Of a stretch of DNA of 64,000 nt, positions 51,305 to 59,651 are shown in pieces. This DNA is from Thermodesulfobacteriota bacterium (GTDB lineage: Bacteria; Desulfobacterota; Desulfobacteria; Desulfobacterales; C00003060), in contig JAXHVD010000012.1 of assembly GCA_034189385.1 (NCBI GenBank), forward strand, positions 1-64,000, read 5' to 3'. A program made the translations under genes and the position numbers. Numbering within the stretch: the stretch's first letter is position 1; every line of letters starts with the position of its first letter. A model generated the notes under the pieces. The model had not been told where the DNA came from, made no database searches, and saw only the letters and a program-made list of their open reading frames with translations.

Positions 51305-52180
51305 ATGCTCTCTCAGGAGCTCCTGAAAAAGATCCAAAGGTTCCACTTTAAGACCGCCCATCTGGCTAGCGATCTTTTTGCCGGCCAGTACGAGAGCGCC
51401 TTCAAAGGCCGGGGCATGGAGTTTGCCGAGGTCCGGGAGTACCAGCCGGGAGATGACATACGGACCATCGACTGGAACGTCTCAGCCCGTTTCGGCCACC
51501 CCTTTGTGAAGGTCTTTCACGAAGAAAGAGAGCTCACCGTCATGCTCCTTTTGGATCTTTCCGGTTCCCACCTTTTTGGCACCAAGAACAGGTTCAAGCG
51601 GGAACTCCTGGCTGAAGTGGCCGGTATGCTGGCCTTTCTGGCCATACGGACCAATGACAAAGTGGGCGCCATCCTGTTCAGCTCCGGCGTAGAAAAATAC
51701 ATTCCTCCTAAGAAGGGAGCATCCCATGTATGGCGGCTGATCAAGGAGATCTTCACTTACGAGCCCCGGGACCTGACAACCGATGTCGATGCCGTGCTCA
51801 CCTATCTGAATCGGGTAACAAAGCGGCACGCCATTGTTTTTCTGATCTCTGATTGCATGGACACCGGTTTTGAGAAGTCCCTCAGGCTGACGGCCAAGAA
51901 GCATGACCTCACCGTCATTCGCATCTCCGACCCGGCCGAACAGGAGCTTCCTGATGTGGGCCTCATTACCCTTCGCGATCCGGAGACAGGAGAGGTGGCA
52001 GTGGTCAATACGAAAAGCAAGACCCTGAGAAGAAGGTGGCATGACTACCAATCAGAGCAGGCCGCCTACATCTCCCACCTCCTCAGCAGGGCGGGCATTG
52101 ACCTGGTAGACCTGTCCACAGACGGACCGGTGGTCGAACCTCTGACCGGCCTCTTTGATAGAAGAAGAAGGAGGATGTAG
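51305..52180 (+). CDS. DUF58 domain protein
   Basis: FKGRGMEFAEVREYQPGDDIRTIDWNV, EERE. Confidence 0.93.
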   Translation: MLSQELLKKIQRFHFKTAHLASDLFAGQYESAFKGRGMEFAEVREYQPGDDIRTIDWNVSARFGHPFVKVFHEERELTVMLLLDLSGSHLFGTKNRFKRELLAEVAGMLAFLAIRTNDKVGAILFSSGVEKYIPPKKGASHVWRLIKEIFTYEPRDLTTDVDAVLTYLNRVTKRHAIVFLISDCMDTGFEKSLRLTAKKHDLTVIRISDPAEQELPDVGLITLRDPETGEVAVVNTKSKTLRRRWHDYQSEQAAYISHLLSRAGIDLVDLSTDGPVVEPLTGLFDRRRRRM

Positions 52181-52199
52181 AATAACTGTCTAGAGTTCG

Positions 52200-52420
52200 A
52201 AGTGTCTAAAATGACTAAAGTTGGGAATGAAATAGGATCGGATTCCGAAGGTTCGAGGGTTCAAGGATTTGGGGTTCAAGTGGAGTGCCTGGCATTTAGA
52301 ACTCCGTGAGACCTTATTCCTAACTGAATCATAGAAGAATCGCATTTCACTTTCGGCCACTCTGGACGCTTTAGTCCACTCTAGGCACTTCCTTTTACTT
52401 TAGATCATTTTAGGTCACTT
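52200..52420. repeat. Intergenic short-unit inverted-repeat cassette
   Basis: AAGTGTCTAAAATGACTAAAGT (52200-52221) is nearly the reverse complement of ACTTTAGATCATTTTAGGTCACTT (52397-52420). Confidence 0.7.
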
Positions 52421-52427
52421 TTTTCTC

Positions 52428-53381
52428 ATGAAAAAGACCCACCAAATTTCTCATTCGCTCATCGCAACAATCCTATTGCTTCTATTCTGGCCGGCTCTTT
52501 CTTTGACCCAGGACCAATCCGGGTCTCCCAGCACAAACCTTAGGGCCTCCCTGGCACCAGACCCGGCCCCCTTCGGCAGCCTGGCAGTGCTTACCCTGGA
52601 CTATGATTTGCCGGAGCAAGGTCGCCTACTGGAGGGCCTGGAGATTGACGGTCTCCAAGGTTTGACCGTTGTAGAACGACAAATGGAGCCCGGCCGCATC
52701 ACCATCAATCTCCTCGTAGACCAGGTAGGTTCTCTTAAGACCGAACCACTGGCCCTGGCTTACGTGGACAAAGACGGCAACACACAAACCCTCACATCCG
52801 ATCTGGTCTCCATTTCCGTGGTCTCCGCCCTGGGGCAGCGGCCTGAGGAAGCTGAGCTACGGCCCATTCAAGGGATCATTCCCACGAAGGCTCCGTGGCT
52901 CAGATACGCGCCCTGGGTAGCCGGCCTGCTGTTTGTCTTGCTGGCTGGGGCAGGAATTCTGTGGTGGCTCAAAAAGGGACGCTTTCAGACCCTTTCTGCG
53001 GAAGTGATGGACCCGCCTCACATAAGGGCCAGAAAGGCAATCGAGGAACTGGAAAGGCAGGCCATTTTTGAAAAGGGTGAGATCAAGGGATTTTACTTCC
53101 GCTTCTCTGAGATTCTTAAGCGATATCTGGAAGGCCTGAGGGGCTATCCGGCGGCTGAGTTTACCACGGAAGAGATAGCCCTTCGCATAGACAACGAAGA
53201 AGACCGTCGGCTCCTGGGTTTGCTCCGCCACGCCGATCTTGTGAAATTCGCAGACACGGTCCCAACGCCTGCCAGAAAAGAAGAAGAAGTAAAAGCTGCC
53301 CTTTCTTACATCCAAGAGACCAGCATGGTCCTGGAGAGCGATCTCTCAGCAGACAGTAGCACCCAAAAGGGGGGGCCATGA
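52428..53381 (+). CDS. Bat-operon-associated membrane protein
   Basis: Signal peptide, central TM helix, FSEILKRYLE...EFTTEE...ADLVKFA. Confidence 0.8.
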   Translation: MKKTHQISHSLIATILLLLFWPALSLTQDQSGSPSTNLRASLAPDPAPFGSLAVLTLDYDLPEQGRLLEGLEIDGLQGLTVVERQMEPGRITINLLVDQVGSLKTEPLALAYVDKDGNTQTLTSDLVSISVVSALGQRPEEAELRPIQGIIPTKAPWLRYAPWVAGLLFVLLAGAGILWWLKKGRFQTLSAEVMDPPHIRARKAIEELERQAIFEKGEIKGFYFRFSEILKRYLEGLRGYPAAEFTTEEIALRIDNEEDRRLLGLLRHADLVKFADTVPTPARKEEEVKAALSYIQETSMVLESDLSADSSTQKGGP

Positions 53382-54373
53382 CCTTCCAGTTTGCATACCC
53401 CGTCCTCCTGGCTCTTATTTTGCCGGTTCTGGGATGGGTCCTTTTTTCCCTTTGGAGAAAACCGGACGGCATGACCTATTCCATGACGTCAAGACTGGCC
53501 CTTCTAGCCGGTGGCACCAGGCGGCTCTGGGACAAGGTGCCTTTGGCCTTAAGGACCGCCTGCCTAGTATTGTTGGTTCTTGCCGCGGCCCGGCCCCAAC
53601 TCTTTAATGTGTCCAGGGAAGCAAAATCTCCAGGGGTAGACATCATGCTCTGTCTAGACACTTCAGGCTCCATGCAGGCCCTGGATTTTCAGTTGAATGA
53701 AAAACCGGTCTCCCGCCTCACGGCCGTGAAAAAGGTGGTCAGCGAGTTTATCCGAAAAAGGGAAATGGACAGGATCGGCCTTGTGGTCTTTGGAGCAGAG
53801 GCCTTTACCCAGTCCCCCCTCACGGTGGACAAGGGCCTCCTGCTGGGTCTGGTGGAAAAAATGGAGGTCGGCATGGCCGGAGACCGCACTGCCATCGGTT
53901 CTGCCATCGCCGTGGGAGGGAAGAGACTCAAGGACCTGGAGGCCAAGTCCAAGGTGCTCATTATCCTCACAGACGGCAGACACAATGCCGGCGACATTAC
54001 ACCGGAAGAAGCAGCCCAGGCAGTGGGAGCCCTGAATATCAAGATATATGCCATCGGTGTGGGAGGAAAAGGCCCTGCGCCTTTTCCCGTCAATACGTTC
54101 TTTGGCCGTCGTGTGGTCCATCGAGAAGTTGACCTGGACGAGACAACCCTCAAAAAGGTGGCAAACGTGGGGGGAGGAGAATATTTCAGGGCAGCGGACA
54201 GCGAGCGGCTGTCGGAGATATACGATATCATAGACCGGCAGGAAAAGACGGAGGTAAAGGTAAAAGAGTTTCTTCATTTCCGGGAACTTTACCATCTCTT
54301 CCTTATTCCCGCTCTGGCTTTTCTCGGCTTGGAAATCCTTTTGACGTCCACATTCTTGAGGGTTATCCCATGA
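53378..54373 (+). CDS. batA: VWA domain protein BatA
   Basis: AARPQ, LDTSGSM (MIDAS), TAIGSA, LTDG. Confidence 0.9.
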   Translation: MTFQFAYPVLLALILPVLGWVLFSLWRKPDGMTYSMTSRLALLAGGTRRLWDKVPLALRTACLVLLVLAAARPQLFNVSREAKSPGVDIMLCLDTSGSMQALDFQLNEKPVSRLTAVKKVVSEFIRKREMDRIGLVVFGAEAFTQSPLTVDKGLLLGLVEKMEVGMAGDRTAIGSAIAVGGKRLKDLEAKSKVLIILTDGRHNAGDITPEEAAQAVGALNIKIYAIGVGGKGPAPFPVNTFFGRRVVHREVDLDETTLKKVANVGGGEYFRAADSERLSEIYDIIDRQEKTEVKVKEFLHFRELYHLFLIPALAFLGLEILLTSTFLRVIP

Positions 54374-55368
54374 CCATGGCCCATGTCTGGGTACTCCATC
54401 TCCTATGGCTTCTGCCCTTGGTTGCCCTGGCCCTTGTGTTTCATGGCAGGCAAAGAAAAAGGGCCATGGAGCAATTTGCCGATCCAGAGCTTCTGACCAG
54501 GCTGGCCGGCGAAGATCGGAAGCGGACCCGCTTTTTCAAGGGGCTGTTCTTGCTCACTGCCCTGGGCCTCATGTTCTTTGCCCTGGCAGGACCACGGTGG
54601 GGAAGTCATTTTCAGGAAGTCCATCAAAAGGGCGTGGACATCATGATCCTGGTGGACGTGTCCCCTAGCATGCTGGTAGAAGATGTGGAGCCTAATCGAC
54701 TTGAGCGGGCCAGAAGGGAAATCCTGGATTTCCTGAAAGTCGTCCAGGGAGACCGGGTGGGCATGGTGGCCTTTTCCGGAGCGGCCTTTGTCCAGTGTCC
54801 CTTGACGCTCGACTATGGGGCCTTGGAGATGTTCCTTGGCGCTTTGGAGCCGGACCTGATACCCGTGCCCGGCACAGACCTGGGCGCGGCCATCGAAACA
54901 GGAATCTCTTCTTTTGACTCCAAATCAGAGACAGACAAGGTCATCCTCCTGATCACGGACGGTGAGGATAACGAAGACAAAGGACTTGAATGGGCCCGCA
55001 AAGCAGCGGCTGGGAGGGTGAAAATCTTCGTCTTTGGTATAGGAGAGGTCTCGGGGGGGCCTATTCCGGCTGGAGACGGCAAAGGGGGGTTTAAGCAAGA
55101 CGAGAAAGGTCAACTGATCTTGTCCAAGCTCGAAGAACAGGGCCTCCGGGACATCGCTGCCGTGACCGGAGGGACCTATGTCCGGTCCGTAGGAGGCGAC
55201 CTGGACCTGGATATCCTCTACTTTGAAGGAATCAAATCCAGGACAGAGGCGGAGACGCTGAAAAGCGGCAAGGTCAAGGTCTACGAAGAACGTTTCCCAG
55301 TCTTCCTTTTGGCCGCCCTTGTGTTCCTGTTTCTTGAAGGACTGATTCGTGAAAGGACAGTTCGTTGA
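54370..55368 (+). CDS. batB: VWA domain protein BatB
   Basis: LAGPRWG, VDVSPSM, PNRLERA, CPLTLDY, ITDGED. Confidence 0.9.
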   Translation: MTMAHVWVLHLLWLLPLVALALVFHGRQRKRAMEQFADPELLTRLAGEDRKRTRFFKGLFLLTALGLMFFALAGPRWGSHFQEVHQKGVDIMILVDVSPSMLVEDVEPNRLERARREILDFLKVVQGDRVGMVAFSGAAFVQCPLTLDYGALEMFLGALEPDLIPVPGTDLGAAIETGISSFDSKSETDKVILLITDGEDNEDKGLEWARKAAAGRVKIFVFGIGEVSGGPIPAGDGKGGFKQDEKGQLILSKLEEQGLRDIAAVTGGTYVRSVGGDLDLDILYFEGIKSRTEAETLKSGKVKVYEERFPVFLLAALVFLFLEGLIRERTVR

Positions 55369-55405
55369 TTAGTCGATTGGTCAAATTGGTTCGCTACTGA
55401 AGTCT

Positions 55406-55655
55406 CATGCCTTTGTCAACTGTTTGAAATAACAGCTAGAAGCGTGCTGAGGTTTCCAGAAAATGGAAGATCCCCGGTTTGGGCCTTTTCTATGGAATTG
55501 AAGCCTCGGGATGGGGAAATTCGCTTCTCTTCGGCCTCCAATGCCTTGAGTAGCTGTGCGAAGGTTGTATGTTGCAATGGCTGTAGGCCTTTGTTCAGCA
55601 AATCTCCCCATCCCTCTGTTGCCAAATCAAGGGGGAGAAGTCTTGACAAGGCTAC
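55406..55655. mobile_element. MITE-like dispersed repeat, copy 2, between batB and batC
   Basis: Colinear with 7128-7378; imperfect terminal inverted repeats CATGCCTTTGTCAAC and GTCTTGACAAGGCTAC. Confidence 0.7.
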
Positions 55656-55759
55656 CATTTGTAGAAAATAGGAATACGAAACTTGGTTCCCTCTTAATCC
55701 GTTCAAGAACCCAACGACTTGACCATTCGACTGCTGAACGATCCAACGAAAAGACAACC

Positions 55760-56671
55760 ATGAACCCAAAAGTTGCTCTCTTGAAGACCGTTATGGGCAT
55801 CCTCCTCCTGGGAGTCCTGTGGTCTCCTCCCTCCCTGGCCGCTGAGGATCCTGACGCGCTTTACGAGCAAGGCCGGTTTGCTGAAGCTGAAAAGGCCTAT
55901 GCCGAGGCAGATATGGATCATCCAAAAGACGTCCGGTACCGGTTTAACCGGGGATGTGCCGCCTTTCAGAACGGTGATTTTCAGGGAGCCACGGCCGCCT
56001 TTTCCAGTGTCTTAAGAAGGGCTGAGGATGACGAGACACGGTTCAAAGCGGTCTATAATCTGGCCAATGCGGCCTTCAAGCAGGGTGATTTTCAACACGC
56101 AGCAGACCTCTACAGGCAAGCAATCCTTTCCAGTCCGGAGAGTAAAGATGCCAAGTACAATCTGGAACTTGCCCTTCGAGAGTTGGAAAGACTACAGCAA
56201 CAAGAAGATCAGGAGCAAGACACACAACCCCAAGGGGAGCCGGGACAGGGAGAAGATCAGCAAGATCAGGCCGGCCAAAAGAGTGAAGACCAGGACAAGT
56301 CATCCCAGCAAGAGGCCTCCCAAGAGCAGCCGTCTCAGGAGTCCTCTCAAGGTGAGGATCAGCCAACGGACAAGGACCAAGAGGAGGCCGAAGAAGAGGC
56401 CGCATCCGACGAGACCAAAGGTGCAGAACAGAATCAGGGAAAACAAGCCGGCGAAGAATCCCCTCAGGACCTTTCGGGGCAGCTTAAGGCCATGGATGCC
56501 CTGCCCCAAGACCGGGAAGACGATGAGGCCCCTGGTGCTGCCATGTCTATGGTTGACAAGAGGAAGGCTGAGGCCCTCCTTGACAACGTGGAAGAAGACC
56601 GTGCCAAATTCCTCCAGTTTCAAGTCCCCAAAGACAAGAGGCACGGCGTCTTGTCAGGGAGGGATTGGTAG
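55760..56671 (+). CDS. batC: TPR protein BatC with Gln/Glu-rich tail
   Basis: Signal peptide from ATG 55760, TPRs, DAKYNLELA, Q/E-rich linker, terminal RDW. Confidence 0.85.
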   Translation: MNPKVALLKTVMGILLLGVLWSPPSLAAEDPDALYEQGRFAEAEKAYAEADMDHPKDVRYRFNRGCAAFQNGDFQGATAAFSSVLRRAEDDETRFKAVYNLANAAFKQGDFQHAADLYRQAILSSPESKDAKYNLELALRELERLQQQEDQEQDTQPQGEPGQGEDQQDQAGQKSEDQDKSSQQEASQEQPSQESSQGEDQPTDKDQEEAEEEAASDETKGAEQNQGKQAGEESPQDLSGQLKAMDALPQDREDDEAPGAAMSMVDKRKAEALLDNVEEDRAKFLQFQVPKDKRHGVLSGRDW

Positions 56672-56708
56672 GAATGATTAGAGGCTTGAGGCTCAAGGAC
56701 ATCGTGCA

Positions 56709-58646
56709 ATGGGTCACCGTCACCACTCTGCGATTTCGGTGCTCTGGCGAATGAAGATAAGAATGATCAGCAATAGAGAAAGCCTGCAAAATCCGCAAGT
56801 CATGACCAACCCTCATAAGGGTCATATACAGGTCTTGTCCAAGAAGGCTCCGTGCCTGCTTTCAGCTTTGAGGTTTGAGCCTTCAGCCCTCTTATTCCTG
56901 CTGCTGGTAAGCGTCCTCTTTGTATTGCTCTCCAGTGCGGCGGGCGCCGCCGTGTCCGTTGCCTTGCAACTGGACCGCAAGGAGGCCACCCTTTCCGATT
57001 CCATCAGGATGATTGTCAGCGTGGCTGGTGCAAGGGAGAGTGATTCCAAACCCTCAGTGCACGGTCTGGAGGCCTTTCATGTCACAGGAGGGGGAACCTC
57101 AAGCCGCCTTGAGATCATCAACGGACAGGTCCGCACCGGGATTGACTTTACGTATTTTATTCAGCCCAAAGAGTCAGGTACCTTTAAGGTCGGGCCAGCT
57201 GAAATCACCATTGACGGCAACGTGGTGAAAAGCAACAAGGAGACACTGAAGGTTACAGAACCGTCCAGGTCCTCAGGCACGGCCCGGGGGCCTCTTTTTC
57301 TCACCGCAGCCCTTTCTCCCAAAGAAGTCTATGTGGAAGAGCAGACCATCTACACCCTGAAACTCTTTCGCCAGACCAGGATAAGCGACATCTCCCTTGA
57401 TCTTCCGGAACAGGAACACCTTTCCTTTAAGCAGCTTGGAAAGCCCCTTGAATACAATAGCGTCCATAACGGGCAATCATACCAGGTACTGGAAGTTCGC
57501 TATGCCCTTACTGCATCAAGTGAAGGGGCTTACAAGATCGGACCTTCAAGTATGAATTTCACCGTGTATCAGCCCAGGACCCGATCACGGCGAAGCCCCT
57601 TTGATGATCCCTTTTTCAACGACCCCTTTCGCTCCTTTTCCACGGGCAGACCCATGACCCTTTCCAGTGACCCTGCGCAGATGAAGGTCCTTCCCCTGCC
57701 TGCCCAAGGAAGGCCTGCTGATTTCAGCGGTCTGGTGGGGACCTTTCAGTTGGAATCTGCGCTGGAGCCCACGGAGATGCAGACCGGCGAATCGGCCACG
57801 CTCACTGTCTTCCTCAGAGGTCGTGGGAATGTACACCGCATCCCTGACCTGGAGATGCCCGAGGTGGATCATACCAAGGTCTATGCCGATCAACCGGTCC
57901 TCGAAGTGGAGACGGACCAACAGGGCATTAGGGGCTCAAAGACCATGAAGTGGGCCCTTGTGCCTGAAAAGGAAGGGTTCTATCACATTCCTCCTTTGAC
58001 GGTGAGCTTCTTTGATACCAAAAGCCGGCAGTATCGCTCCATAGGCACGTCACCTTTCTCTTTTTCCGTTTTACCCGGCCAGGACAAGGAGGTACAAGCC
58101 ACAGCAGACTCTGTGGCCGGCCAGGGAGCTGAAGACCCCGCAAAAAAGGCCGTCAAGGAATTGGGCCGGGACATCCTGCCAGTCCACACGTCGGTCAAGG
58201 ACCTGGAACCCGCCCTTGGTGCCACACCGCAGGGCTTACTCCTCTGGGTCCTGCTGGCAGCGCCTTTTCTTATTTACGGGATGGCATTTTGCGGAAAGAA
58301 AATGAGGAACGATTCAGATAAGGCATCGGCCCTGGCAAAGACCAAAAAGGCAGCCGGCCAACTCATCAAGAAATGTGGGGACGCTGAGCTCAACTCGACC
58401 GATCTCAACGAAGCCATCAGGGTCTATTTCAATGATCGATTGCGCCTCTCCCTTGGCTCCCTCACACCAGGAGAAGCATTTGAGATCCTTCAATCAAGCG
58501 GCGTCAGGCCTTCTCTAGCCGGGAAGCTTCAGGCCTTCCTCCAGAAACTGGAAGATCACGTTTATTCGGGCAGAGGGCAGGATGTCTGTCATATGGGAGA
58601 AGACCTCCCCGCCCTCATCAAGGAAATAGACAAGGAAATCCGATGA
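56709..58646 (+). CDS. batD: BatD family protein (start uncertain)
   Basis: PKESGTFKVGP, EVYVEEQ, VLPLP...FSGLVG, GESATLTV, LVPEKEGFYHIPP. Confidence 0.85.
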   Translation: MGHRHHSAISVLWRMKIRMISNRESLQNPQVMTNPHKGHIQVLSKKAPCLLSALRFEPSALLFLLLVSVLFVLLSSAAGAAVSVALQLDRKEATLSDSIRMIVSVAGARESDSKPSVHGLEAFHVTGGGTSSRLEIINGQVRTGIDFTYFIQPKESGTFKVGPAEITIDGNVVKSNKETLKVTEPSRSSGTARGPLFLTAALSPKEVYVEEQTIYTLKLFRQTRISDISLDLPEQEHLSFKQLGKPLEYNSVHNGQSYQVLEVRYALTASSEGAYKIGPSSMNFTVYQPRTRSRRSPFDDPFFNDPFRSFSTGRPMTLSSDPAQMKVLPLPAQGRPADFSGLVGTFQLESALEPTEMQTGESATLTVFLRGRGNVHRIPDLEMPEVDHTKVYADQPVLEVETDQQGIRGSKTMKWALVPEKEGFYHIPPLTVSFFDTKSRQYRSIGTSPFSFSVLPGQDKEVQATADSVAGQGAEDPAKKAVKELGRDILPVHTSVKDLEPALGATPQGLLLWVLLAAPFLIYGMAFCGKKMRNDSDKASALAKTKKAAGQLIKKCGDAELNSTDLNEAIRVYFNDRLRLSLGSLTPGEAFEILQSSGVRPSLAGKLQAFLQKLEDHVYSGRGQDVCHMGEDLPALIKEIDKEIR

Positions 58647-59437
58647 GACCCTCCCCTACAAGCCATCACGTGCACTTATTCTGGATTCCCTTGGCCCTTC
58701 TCGCAGCAGTTTTATTCCTAACGTTTCGCAGTGATGCCAGGGCCAACGGATGGGAGGAGGTTTTTTTCAAGGCCAATCAAGCCTACAAGGAAGGGCGTTT
58801 TCAAGAGGCCATTGACGCGTATGGCCGGCTACTCGACTCAGGACATGAAAATGGGCACATTTACTACAATCTGGGCAACGCCCACTTTCGTCTCAACCAG
58901 ATCGGGCAGGCTATTTTGAACTACGAGCGGGCCGATGTCCTTATGCCCCGAGATGCAGACCTGAATTTCAACCTGGGCTATGCCCGTGATCAGACACAGG
59001 ATGCAATTTCCCAACCCAAGGGCTTTATGGACACCACCTTTTTTTGGCTCCACACCATGACCCTTCATGAACTGTCTTGGGCCTTTGTAGTCCTAAATCT
59101 TGTCTTCTGGACCGTCTTTCTTATAAGACTATTTCGCCCGTCGGAGTGGACCTTCTACACTGCTCTCATACTCCTGGTCCTCTGGTTCCTTGCCGGGGCC
59201 TCCTTTGGTGTGAAGTACTTTCAGCAACAAACCGATGACCGTGCTGTTATTCTGGCAAAAGAAGCGGATGCCCTAGCCGGCCCAGACACGGAAGACACCC
59301 TCCTTTTCAAGCTCCACGAAGGCGCAATCGTCCTCCTTGAGAGATCAGAGGATGGGTGGTCCCTGGTAAGTCTGCCGGACAATAAAAGGGGCTGGGTGAA
59401 GAAGGAGACCATTGAGAGAATAAACCAGAGGACATAG
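58643..59437 (+). CDS. batE: BatE-like TPR/SH3 protein
   Basis: ANQAYKEG, YYNLGNA, AILNYERA, two TM helices, LHEG...GWV SH3-like end. Confidence 0.88.
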   Translation: MRPSPTSHHVHLFWIPLALLAAVLFLTFRSDARANGWEEVFFKANQAYKEGRFQEAIDAYGRLLDSGHENGHIYYNLGNAHFRLNQIGQAILNYERADVLMPRDADLNFNLGYARDQTQDAISQPKGFMDTTFFWLHTMTLHELSWAFVVLNLVFWTVFLIRLFRPSEWTFYTALILLVLWFLAGASFGVKYFQQQTDDRAVILAKEADALAGPDTEDTLLFKLHEGAIVLLERSEDGWSLVSLPDNKRGWVKKETIERINQRT

Positions 59438-59595
59438 TAGGAGCCTGAAAGCATCCGACTCTTTTCAAGCCCACAGGCACACGTACTGAGGAAAGAGGCA
59501 TGGATGACAGGCTCAAGGTGTAGGGCATGAGGCTTAAGGGAAAGCGACATGTCTGCAATCTCCCTGAGCCTTGCGCCTGCACCCTGCGCCGCAAG

Positions 59596-59625
59596 AAAGG
59601 CTGGGCCGAAACGACCCAGCCTTTT
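59596..59625. terminator. Hairpin terminator between convergent batE and the Ig-repeat gene
   Basis: AAAGGCTGGG-CCGAAACGA-CCCAGCCTTTT. Confidence 0.7.
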
Positions 59626-59651
59626 CCATGCTCGGTAGTAGCATCATACCA

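Noticed and set aside
55556..55759. N-terminal 68-aa extension of BatC in the ORF track
   Set aside because: It derives from the MITE and repeat cassette; the signal peptide starts at ATG 55760.
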